From Felis catus (lineage: Eukaryota), in contig NC_058368.1 in assembly GCF_018350175.1 (NCBI RefSeq), positions 236,470,001-236,534,000 of the forward strand: a DNA stretch of 64,000 nt, in the 5' to 3' direction. Shown piece by piece: positions 13,301-24,435 of this stretch (its first letter is position 1; every line of letters begins with the position of its first letter). The position numbers and the translations under genes were made by a program. Below the pieces are notes generated by a model that worked only from the letters and a program-made list of their open reading frames with translations, searched no databases and was not told where the DNA came from.

Positions 13301-14514
13301 GGATGCTCACTATTTTTAGAAATAAAAATAGTGGCGGAGTGACTAAGCCGATAGGTACCTTCACCGCGCATTAAGGGAGACCTGAGGCCCGGCACTCTGA
13401 CAGCAGGCAGGGCGTGTGACACATTTGGCATATGCTAATTTCCCACATATATAGGTCACAAAGGAAATCCATATCCCAGCAAGCCCTTGGTTATTTTGCG
13501 TGATCACAGTGTCTCACAAAACCAGTTGATAGGACCTGCTGTAATCACAGATACTGATGGTTTTCCATACATTAAGGTGGAAAACAACACCTACACCAGT
13601 GTCTGAAATGCCAGAGAGATTTACATTTGAAAACACTGTGTCCACTAGCTGCTTCCCACGGAACAGCCACTAATGGTAAATGAATTCCAGGCCATTCACA
13701 GCTTCCTTGATTGACAGACTAAAGGCTTCTGAGCCATTATAATGTCAGAAAAGACTGTCTTCCCTCCCCTCTCCACACACAGTTTAGGGTTTTGTCAGAT
13801 TTCCCATAATTAACCCTGATATTTGACGTTTAATAATCTCACCATTGTCTATCACGCCGGGTTACCGGTATTCGGCAGGCAAGCGTTCAGGACGTATGTA
13901 AATTTTTCAAGGATACTGCCAGAAACTTTTCAAATATTAGAACGGATTGGCAAAAAAACAATGCTTAGATTAATCTTAATTTTTTTCTTTCTTCTTTTCT
14001 GCGTCATTTTCTGCGTTCAGAAGTGGACTGATGTGTCATCTAGCCAACATGGTATGATATCATCGTCACCCATTGTTCAGTCCTACAAAGTTGAGTGACA
14101 AACAACAACAACAAGAACACCAACAACTTAGGAAACTGGACATAATAGCCAAAACGATAACAATAAGTTTCTAAAACCTCAAACGAAACGCTGTCTGAAT
14201 GCGTTACAATGACCAAGGACATCTCGGTTGTAAAAAGTTGTGATGGGGCGTCTCCAAAAGTTACAAATTCAAACCTATAGGAAAATGTCATTCTTGTGTT
14301 CATTCATTCATTGCCCTTTAGCAGGCATTAGCTACATAGGAAGGATAAGCCCTCAAGAGTCATGCGTGCATGGTCCAGTGAGGTACAAGACTGTGTCCCA
14401 GCAGATGTCAGCCTGTTACATTGGTGGGACCTACCATGTTGCTTTACCCAACACCATTGAGTTTCCCCATTGCTCTTAACTTACGCCAGGTATGAGAGTA
14501 GCACACAATGACTA

Positions 14515-14740
14515 ATAATAATAGCCTCCCTGTACTGTGTGCTCATCACCGTTACCTTAGGAGGCGTCTGCGGGCTTCGTGTGTACTATGTCATGTCCAT
14601 CAGCACGATACGGTGAACATTGAGGCACCCCATTACCCAGATGACTTCACTGAGTCCTGGAAAGACTGAGTTGCTCACTCAAGCTAGGCAACACGCTTGA
14701 GCCCCATGATTAAATTTATGCTGCCTGACCACACTATCCT
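14515..14740 (-). mobile_element. MIR relic
   Basis: ataatagcc...cccattacccagatgacttcactgagtcctggaaagactgagttgctcactcaag resembles antisense MIR. Confidence 0.55.
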
Positions 14741-16699
14741 ATCTCTGCATAATCACACCGCAGTCATAGGGGTCAGCTTGCCATTGTTTCGCAAGAGGAC
14801 TAGCATGTGATGAAGTGTATCTGGAGAACCACATAGGAATCAGCCATATTGTATAGCACTATTCCTTAGTTTACAATCTCACAGTTTGGGGGTAGGGCAA
14901 CATCATTTTGTAAATTCTACGGTATCCATAGAGGAAGGTGAGCAGGGGAGACTTCACAGATACGATAATCGTCCGTAACACCACAATGATTTAACACCGA
15001 TGCGGTCGGAAATCATTAAGCAGGTAGGTTCCATTCCTACAAAGGATCACCGGTTAGATATGAAACAGCTGACCAAGGGCTAGCAAAGGACGAGTACCTG
15101 CCGGGAGCAATCAGACCCAAGGGCTGGCCCCACCAGGGTCGTGCTGCCGAGCGAGGTGCCAGTGTGCACCAACTACTGCTGACCAGCGTTCCGTGCAGAC
15201 GCAGGGGTCCCCTTGTCAAAACTGTCTCAGGTGTCTGCTCAGTGGGGCAGACGTGACGACACCCTTGCCTCAGCCCGGAAGACCTCTTGTCTCCTTTTGT
15301 CTTTCTTTCTCATCAGACACTTGAAATGACCCCACGTGGACAGACGCTAACCCCACCACTACCGGGCTGGGAGGACGCAGATCCCACGGACCCAAGTGGA
15401 CATGCCAGAAGCAAGATTTTTTGAAGAGGGAATTATGGTTGTGTAACACACTTTAGACATCTTGAGTACTCTCGGCGAGTGGGGCATCCAACTGAACCAT
15501 CCAGGAAAGTGCGAAGATAGGAGGGCAGCTTCTGGTCCTGGTCACTGATGCCAAGAAAGGGAGCCAGCAGACAGAGGGCACGGGGCTCAGGGACACTATG
15601 TGACCTTACAAACACAGCTGATTGGGAGGAGGGGGCCGGGGAAGAGGGGGTCTCCAGGAAGGAGAGATATCATGTCACCCGGGATCACCTCCCCTGCCTT
15701 CCCTGAGAGGATGTGCTCCATTTCACAGACTCCTTAGAACAACTCATATGAAGTCAGTGCTGTTATTAGAGTTTTTACACTAAAAATGGAAGCTTTGAGA
15801 CCATAAGCCGGCTCCCTAACACGTGACTGACTCTGTTACAAAAAGGTGACCTACGCGGTCCCTGCACTGGAGAGCCTGGCTGTCCCCAGAGGGACAGGGG
15901 CAGTTGGCTTCCGTGCTGCACAGGCCACCACGTCCTTGTGCAAAGTGACCTAAGAGGCACCGGGAAGAGGAAGGACGGCCAATCTGCCCCCAGCTTGTCT
16001 GCCGGGAACCGTCCCCACAGAACCCACAGAACCCTGTGGCTCAGGTCTTAGGCCCCAGCCTTACCGTCGCCCCCCACCCCTGCCCCAGCAGGGGTGGCAC
16101 CGGCTGGAGAGAGGGGCCTGGGCAGTGAGCGGGCAACTTGGCTCCTCGTAACAGAGGAGTCCATCCCCAAAACCAGTCCAGTGAATGTAGGTCATGGAGT
16201 CACCCTGCTTCGCCCCCAGGGCTCCAGATCTCTCCTAAGAACGTGATCCTAGGCCTTCACCCTCTTCCCAAAAACCGTGTGTGAAAGGAACTTTTATTTT
16301 GCCCCTTCTGCCCACTCTGGGTGAGTCTCCTCATTTTTACCTGCATCTCGTTACCCAAAAAAGGAGCTCCGTCCCAGTCGTCCTGCCCCCACACCCCCGG
16401 CCTCCCCAGAACCTGCCACCTGCAAGTAGCCCCAGGGTCAGTGGCCAGGCGACCCAGCTCCCCGTCAGCGGTCAGCCGAGCCCTGGGGTGGCGGCAAGGG
16501 AGTGTGGTCCGCAGACGGCAGCGTGGCTTGGCTGCTCCGGGAGCCTTGCAGGTTTCAAGGCGAAGGTGACCTCGGGGTGATATCCTGCCCCTCTGCACGT
16601 CCAAGTGGGGCTGACATCTGGGTGCGGGTGGGGGTGTCCGCGTAGAGCAGCCCCCGATCAGAAGGGCACCACCCCCGCCACCACCAGCATCAGCAGAGC

Positions 16700-17170
16700 C
16701 CCTTATCAGAGCATGTTCAGCAAAACATTTTCATTTTTCTGTCTCCGAACCATCCGGACTTTTATCAGATCCGCTTTGTGAAGGTTAAATAGGTAAATAG
16801 AGGACCGGCCATTTGCAGCAAGCAGGTCGTGGTACCTGTCAACGTGCAGCTCGTTATTCACTGCGGTGTGTTTGTCATTTCTTTTGTGGGTTAGGGTTAC
16901 AGACGGCGATTTCCACCAATCGCGTTCATTATTTAAATGAGACAAACGGCGTGTTGTCCAGGAGCGGCATTATTATTCCAGCCCAGCGTTAAATGTCGTG
17001 ACCTGTCTTGGGCTTCTAATGGCGAGGAGAAAGTGGCAGGCGGTCGAGGCGACGACAGGCTCCCCATAAATCAGCCGTTTCAGACGTTAGGATAACTTTT
17101 ATTAAAGAGCAAATGGGTTTCTTGACATCAGGCTTTTTTTTATACGAACCGGTCGGTCAATGTAAATGGA
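16700..17170. promoter_or_regulatory. Candidate enhancer / conserved non-coding element
   Basis: Repeat-free; GATA motifs at 16703 and 16761, PBX-HOX at 17064-17073 (-), TTTTATTA at 17097; conservation not tested. Confidence 0.5.
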
Positions 17171-17665
17171 GCTGCTTTCCTCCAAGGAGAGAAAACCGAT
17201 TCGGCTCCCGTGAGCGGAAAAGGGACACGCTGTTTGGCGTGCGGGACGTGGTCAGTGTCTGTGATGCACGTGCAGCAGCTGGAGGAGCCGCGGACAGCAG
17301 AGGCCTGCGTGTCGCGCTGGCGTTTCCTCCCCGCAGTGGCCCCAGCGCCTGGTAATCACTGACGTGTGACTACAGCGGTGGCGGGTCTCTCTCGTGACAT
17401 AATACATCACTTTACCTTAAACCGTCGTGAGTGCATTTCCTCTCCTGAGTGGACAAAATGATGATACGACACAGATTCCGTACATCTCATTTCTTCTTCT
17501 CTGCTTCCACGCACTCTCCCTCCGTCCACAGGTGTTCAGCAGCGGGTGTTGTGTGCTAGGGTTTCTATTATTTTATTGTCTTCTTTAATCGTCATATTCA
17601 TTTAGATGTGTTGCACGCAACATGTCTCTAAAAATCACTCGTCACTTCCAAAACCTGTGATGATT

Positions 17666-17850
17666 GGGGCACCTGGGTGGCTCAGTCGGTTCAGCGTCCG
17701 ACTTCAGAGGTCATGATCTCGCGGTCTGTGAGTTTGAGCCCCACATCAGGCCCTGTGCTGACAGCTCAGGGACCTGGAGCCTGCTTGGATTCTGTCTCTC
17801 TCTCTCTCTCTCTCTCTCTCAAAAATAAATAAACGTTAAAAAAAGAAAAA
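17666..17850 (+). mobile_element. Can-SINE (SINEC_Fc)
   Basis: 15-bp TSD aaaacctgtgatgat at 17650-17664 and 17851-17865. Confidence 0.97.
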
Positions 17851-18810
17851 AAAACCTGTGATGATCTGTTTGCGTTTTGTAATGTTTAAACATAAACTCT
17901 TGATGGTTCAGGAACTACGTTAGCAGTGGTTGATGTATTTCCTCAGAAACAGGAATTTACACACAAATGAGCATTCGGAGAGGAAAACGTAATTCAAAAG
18001 TTATAAAATACCTACATAGAATTAAAATCAGAAGAGTTTTGTAATTGCATAAAGAATTATATTTAAATTATTACTTTATTCCTATGTAGGGAGGAAAACA
18101 TTTTTGGAACCATGGACGGGTTTCCATTTTCGTGTTCTCAACTAGTTCCTAGTCGAGATCCTGTTTTGTATTGTAAGCAGCACAAGGTTGGGACACACTA
18201 TGGAAGACTGACTCCCAGGTATATTTTATAGCAGTTCAAGGACCTGAGGAGAAACAAGTATTTGGAGAATCTCTGGAAAAGAACAGAGACATGGCTCCCG
18301 TCAGGGGTTGGGACTGTCCCCTTGGCATTCCGGAATTGAAGACGTTTCTTGCTTCAAGGAATCCCTGGTGATGATGGGGAAAACACAGTGTAGGTGGGCT
18401 TCTCATGTTGAGAACCTGTAGGTGGTCGTGAGTCGTGGCAGACGGTTCTGGGTTTGAGAGAGTCCTTGGAGCTCCAAGTCCTAATTTCATGGCTGAAAAC
18501 ACAGACGGAGAGAGCTTAAAGGGGTTGCCCTGGTGTGCAGCCAGTGAGAAACTAATTCAACTCTCCAATGCACAGGCTGGTGGAATTCTTATATGAGTTA
18601 TCTTTCTGGCTCTAGACCTGCCTATCATTCACAAACACTCTATGCTGGGATCTAGCACTCTGCCTCTGGAACAGGACATCTGGAAGACTTGTACAATGCC
18701 AAGGAATAGTCGGGAATTTAGAAGACAGAACTTCTGCATGAACGGGATCCTTCTGGGCTGAGCTTTGAGAATCAACTTCCCCAAGAGTGAATTCAAAATG
18801 TTCTGCCTCT

Positions 18811-19024
18811 GGGAGCCTGGGTGGCTCAAGTCAGTTAAGCATCCAATTATTGATTTCAGCTCAGGTTATGATCTCATGGTCGTGGTATTGACCCCCGAGT
18901 TGGGCTCTTTACTGAGCATGGGGCCTGCTTGGGATTCTTTCTCTCCCTCTCTCTTTGCCTCGCCCCTGCTCCGACTCTCTCTGTCACTCTCTATCTCAAA
19001 ATAAATAAATAAATAAACTTAAAA
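18811..19024 (+). mobile_element. Can-SINE
   Basis: gggagcctgggtggctc head, CT tract, (AAAT)n tail; degenerate TSD aaaatgKtctg. Confidence 0.95.
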
Positions 19025-20704
19025 AAAATGGTCTGGCCCACCCAATGCAACTAAAATACTTCTTAAAGCAAGTGGGCCTCTTCAAAGCCAAGACAACCAG
19101 TATTTTCTAAGTAATGGATTTTTTCGTGAGACTTGCCTCTTCCCTTACAACTGATTGTTTTCCCCTCTTTGCAGCACTTGCTTCCCAAGACAGAGAGATT
19201 GAGCACCTGTGATGCCATTTGCAGAGCTGCTGAGACTGTGGTGCGGGCCCTGCCCTGGAGAAGGCCTGGCGTACAAATGAACAAGTCATCGAGTCACAGA
19301 TGTGCTCAAACCAGATGATGCGGAGTTTGGAGATATCTGCGAGTATGTGTTTCTTGCATATGCTCCCTTATTAAATTACTCATACAAAAATCTCTACCTT
19401 CCATCGCACAGGAACATCTTCTGCTTTTCTCTGTGAAGGAAAACTGGACAGAAAGCCCACCCTAGTGTTTCCTCCCCAGAACTGGCAAGATGGCGGGGCG
19501 GCTGGGAACAAGAAGGAAACCACGCCCTCAATACAGCCCTACCTTCCTTCCGCTGGTCAGATTATTCTGACTCTGAGGAAAACTTTAGCCACTCTTTGCT
19601 GTAAAATCCAGGTAATAGTTTCCCAAATGAATACAGTTGGTGAAGGAAATGGAGGAGGAAAGAAGGGGAGAGCTGATTAACCAGGCAACTCTGGTGCATG
19701 GCTCCCTTCTCTGTATTCCTCCCTCTTCCCTACTTGGCGTGTGCGGGACGTCCGTGCATGTGCTTGCCTGTGTGCGTGGCTGTGCCTCCTCTCCAGGTGC
19801 ACGCCTCCCCTCTGGTCTTTTCCCTTCACCCTTTCACCCAACCCTTCGTGGTGTCTAAGACCCCGACGCCTCTTTGATCCTGCACACCAGCCACTGATCT
19901 TTGTCTCCAGGATCTGGTCTTACCTCTTGCACGACTTCAGCAGCAGCACTGACAGGAAGCCCTGCGTGTGCTTGTGTGTTGGTGGGCGGGACCCCCGTGG
20001 AAAGGAGTCATGAAGGGGGAAAGGGGGGAACACTCAGGTGTCCTGGGGGTGGGGGAACATGCTTTTTTTTTTCTAAGCCTAGCCCACCTTGCTCCAAAAT
20101 GTTTGAAATTACACACATATTTGTACTGTAAGCATGAATTTCCTTTTAAGACCTACATCTGTGTTTCATGAAAAACAAATTTTTTAAACTAATACTAACT
20201 AAACTAAATACAAACTAAAAGTTAAAGACATTGGCCATTGTAAACTAATGAAGCTGCCCTTGGATAAGAGAATTTGACTCTTGTCCTAGGGGGCAATAAG
20301 ACATTCCTGTACATGTCCATCTGTCCCTTTTCACTGGAACTGACGGAGAAGAGGGTCATTGCTCAACTCGGCTCACCACTCCTGAGGCTTTCCCTGTTTA
20401 ACCGGGGACAGGGGAGAGGAGCTTCTACTCTAGAAGCCCCTTGGATCTGTTATTCCAGGTTCTCCTCTGCCACAGGGATCTGTACACCTGGTCCCAGAGC
20501 GTCCGGAGGGCAAAGGTCTCGATTCCAGGCTGCCTTGGCTTTACCTTGGCAAGGAGAAGCCATCTCCATCAGAGGTGGGAGTGAACATGCACCGTGATGG
20601 GCAGCTCCCCTGCCCCCCCCCAAAAAAAACTCCTCCCCAGCCCCTCAGCAGTGCCCCAGGAGCCTGGCCAGCTCCCCCTAGCTCTGGCTTTATCCACCCT
20701 ATTC

Positions 20705-20901
20705 TTTTTTTTTTAAGTTTATTTATTTATTTTGAGAGAGAGTGTGTGAGCAGGGAGGGGAAGAGAGAGAGGGAGAGAGAATCCCAAGCAGACTCCACAC
20801 TGTCAGTGCAGAGCCCTATATGGGGCTCAAACCCAGGAACTGTGAGATTGTGACCTGAGCTGAAGTCGGGAGCTCAACCTACTGAGCCACCCAGGCTCCC
20901 C
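20705..20901 (-). mobile_element. Can-SINE
   Basis: Antisense copy ending actgagccacccaggctcccc. Confidence 0.95.
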
Positions 20902-21109
20902 TATCTGCCCACATTCTGACACAAGTCTTCCCCAGGGGCCTGTGGTCCTTGGGGGGGGGGGGTGGCGGGTGGTAAGGTCTTATTCTGTCTCCAGGAAATT
21001 GCTATCTGGAATAGCATTCCCTTGAAAACTTCCATCTCTACAGCCTGTTTATTTTTCCTGCAGGCCATGTAATTATTGCCTGACATGATGCCTTATATTT
21101 ATGTAAATA

Positions 21110-21228
21110 TATATTCCATGTCTTGGCACTAGAATGTGAATTGTCCAACAGCCCTGTGTCCCATGCTCCAGAACAGAGCTCTGCACAGAATCCACTCTGG
21201 GGGAATGTCGGTTAGATGAATGAATGAT
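21110..21228 (+). mobile_element. L2 3' end relic
   Basis: ctagaatgtgaa...ctgcacagaatccactc...gatgaatgaatga terminus. Confidence 0.6.
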
Positions 21229-21799
21229 TAATTCTGGGTTGCCTAATGTTGATTTCCAGGTCCTCATGAAGCATTTTATTCCTTGCCAGAATCGCTCACA
21301 TTTCTTTGCTTATCCATTCTGTCCCCCTTTTCCTTGGGAATGCCTAAACACGAGAATAATAGTTTTCAACATCTCTGTCTTCTGTGGGTAGGCTATTGAT
21401 TTTTTTTCTCCTTCTGATGCTGGATCATTTTTCCCTGAATTTTTGCATACCTAGCAATTGTATACTTTCTGTGATATAAAGAGTTTGGATTTTGTAAACT
21501 TCTTCTAGATTTCGTTGAATTTTTCCTATTGTTGTATTTCTGGCAAGTACTCTTGATCCTGTGGAATCTGAGTTTTAGGCAATCCATAAAGACCAAAAGA
21601 ATGATTGTCCCCAGGATTACGTGTGTCTTTGTTTAAAAAGAACAATTAAAAATCCCCCTTACATTATAGAAGTCTTTCCTTTATATACTTTCGGTAAGCA
21701 AACCCTCCAAAAGAATTGGGTTTTATTTCTGTTCATAATGACAGCAGAGCGCATGGATGCCTTTCTCATTAACCCGTCCGCATCAACTGGTCTCCTCGA

Positions 21800-22104
21800 T
21801 GATGCTTGTTTGTACCATGGGCGCTGTCTGTAGAGGGTTTTCTCTATTAACAACCTGGGAGCCAGGAACAGCCCTCATCCAGTGATGGAGAGAGTTAGAA
21901 GGTAAGTCCTAGCTCTCTTCCAAGGGAGAGCACTCTGGAACTGAGCTCCCTAGCAACCCCAAGCAGCATGAGCCCCCTTGCTCCTGTGGAACCCTATTGA
22001 TTGATGCCCCCTTCCTTTTCTTCCCTCCACACTTCCCAAATGGCTCATCCTGGGATCATCTCCCAAACTTTTGCTCTGATTCTGCCAGGGAGAACCTAAG
22101 ATGC
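21800..22104 (+). mobile_element. LTR16-like (ERVL) LTR relic
   Basis: tcctgggatcatctcccaaac...tctgccagggagaacctaag resembles the LTR16 3' end. Confidence 0.6.
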
Positions 22105-22354
22105 AGTCAACAGTCTTTGAGACTCATTTATTTTCTCCCTCAGCCCCTTCTGTCTGTGTCTAAATCATTCACATCCTTATAGCTCTAACTCACATTCTGA
22201 TTCCTCCATTTGTGTTTGGAAACAGCTTATCATTTAGACACTTAGACATCACTAAATCAACTCTAGTGGAAGCCTAATCCATCAAATTCATCCAGATATT
22301 TTTCCCTCACTACTTCCTAATGCATGATAAGGTCAGCAAATTGGTTGAATTATG

Positions 22355-22465
22355 TCATCAATCCTCGTATTTATTCCGCAGACAGATACCGCTCAGATAC
22401 CTACTCAGGTGCTGTGGACACAGTGACAGAGGACAGCCAGCTCCTGTCCTCATGGAGTCTCCAGC
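22355..22465 (-). mobile_element. L2 3' relic
   Basis: gtatttatt...ggtgctgtggacacagtgacagaggacagccagctcctgtcctcatggag. Confidence 0.6.
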
Positions 22466-23369
22466 GGGACCCTCCATTCCTGATTCTGCCCTGAAATATG
22501 AGATTTTCTTTGGACTTTCACAGACAAGAACTTTGGCAAAATTGTGGTTGTTGAAGAATTGAAAACAGAGGTAAGAAAATTTGTACAATTATCAACAAAC
22601 ATAAATGTTCAGGTGTGCACTTCCCTCTATGTCTTGTTCAAGTGAAATTTGCCAGTAAGTCAGATGCAGAACACTGACGCTCAATTAACCATGGCCAGTT
22701 CCACTTCTACGTACCTATTGGCCAGAAGAGAGCAGAGAAAAATAATCCATTTGAGACTGTACTATACGCATGGATCAAAACATCCTAGAACAGGAGACTG
22801 ATGTTCTTGCCAGAGATGGCTACAGTTGTTGGGTGCCTGATTTTATACACTTTGAACGTTCTGCTCAGTATGGTAGGAGCAAGGACGGCATTATAATTAT
22901 CTCATGAAGCCCAGTCCAGGTCTGGAGTGTCACATCACGGTTGAGTTCTTGGTGCTTATTTCCTTCAGGTGGTAGTGCTTGCTTCTTCTTTTGAATTCTG
23001 GTCTCCTGAATAGCAATACAAAATTTTGGGGACACAGCCCTCACAGGCAAGAGTCCGGTGTGTGTAAGTTGCGGGACACTTTCTGTGTTGGGTACATGTT
23101 TCATTCCACAGCCTTGTTAGACCCCTGCAATCAAGGGATCTTCAAGGCAGCTGCTGATTAGGTAAAGAGACTGTGAAGGAAGACAGGAATATGGTGAAGG
23201 CAGCGAAGTAGACCGAGGGGAGCCAGAGGCAGAGGAGGGGCCCATGGAGCAAGAGAGAGAGGAGAGAACTGAGCAGAGAAGGAGGAGAAGAGAAGAAACC
23301 CAAGCAGAGACAGCCACATGGGGCTTGCGTGCCCACGGGGACCAGATTTGGCTCTGCTAATAAAGACCC

Positions 23370-23780
23370 ATAATTGAAGTCTCAAAATTGCATGTACTCA
23401 ATGAGTACAACGTGACGTTTCAGTATACATACACACTGTGTGATGACTACCACTGTCGAGCTAATTGACATCTACATCTCTTCACATAGTTACCTTATTT
23501 CATGCATGGTACGAAGAGCCGAGACTGTCTGTCGTAGCATATTTCACGTGCAAGAGACAGTGTTAGAGCCAGAATCACCATGCCGTGCGTTCGACGTCTC
23601 AAAGGCATTCACCTTGCGTAACTGCAACTTCTTACCTTTTGACCGGTTGTTCCCTCTTCCCCCCCCTCCAGTGCCTGGTAACCATCATTCGACTCCCTGG
23701 CTCCATGGGTTGAACTGTTTTAGATTCCATATCAAGGGAGGCCATGCACTATTCTTCTCCCCGTGTTGGTCTTATTCCAT
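23370..23780 (-). mobile_element. L1MA/L1MB-type 3' end, non-inverted part
   Basis: gtacaacgtgacg...cacatagttacc...cctggtaaccatcattc...ttttagattccatat is antisense L1 3'UTR. Confidence 0.85.
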
Positions 23781-23910
23781 GTCTGGGTCTATACTCAAAG
23801 GAGGTGAAATCATTGCCTTGAAGAGATGTCTGTGCTTCCCTGTCCATGGCAGCCTATTTCACAACAGCCAAGACATCGAAGCCTCTTAAGTGCCTACCTG
23901 TGGACATCAT
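23781..23910 (+). mobile_element. L1 ORF2 C-terminal segment, inverted relative to the adjacent L1
   Basis: ctgggtctatactcaaagga...gcagcctatttcacaacagccaagacat...taagtgcc is the sense ORF2 end. Confidence 0.8.
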
Positions 23911-23976
23911 GCCAGATGAAGAGATTTGTCTTTTGACAAAGAAATTAGTTTGCGAGAGATTTTAATGTCTCCCATA

Positions 23977-24435
23977 CAGGGCGAGCAAAATATGGCTTGT
24001 GGGGGCAAATCCAGTCTCCTTCCTGTTTTTGTAAATAAAGTTTTATTGAAACACAGCTACACCTATTTCTTTTTTAACTGTCTACGGTGCGCTGTCGTCG
24101 GCGCACCTGGGTGGCTCAGTCGGTTAAGCGTCTGACTTTGACTCAGGGCATGATCCCACGGTTTGGGAGTTCGAACCCTGCGCCGGGCTCTGTGCTGACA
24201 GCTCGGAGCCTGGAGCCTGCTTCAGATTCAGTGTCTTTCTCTCTCTCTCTCTGCCCCTCCCCTGCTCGCGCTCTGTCTCTCTCTCAAAAATAAATAAATC
24301 AACATTAAAAAATGTAAAAACGGTGTTACCCAACAGCTCTCATGGAGTTGAGTTGTTTCCACAGAGACTTCATGGTCTATACATCCAAATTCTCTGTGCT
24401 CTGACTCTTTACAAAAAGTTTGTTACCAAAACCCT
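23977..24435 (+). mobile_element. MER58A (hAT-Charlie MITE) split by a Can-SINE
   Basis: cagggcgagcaaaatatggc...cctgtttttgtaaataaagttttattgaaacacagc; resumes after the SINE as gagttgagttgtttccacagagac...tttacaaaaagtttg. Confidence 0.85.
24100..24320 (+). mobile_element. Can-SINE (SINEC_Fc) nested in MER58A
   Basis: cacctgggtggctcagtcggttaagcg...aaaataaataaatcaacattaaaaa. Confidence 0.97.
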
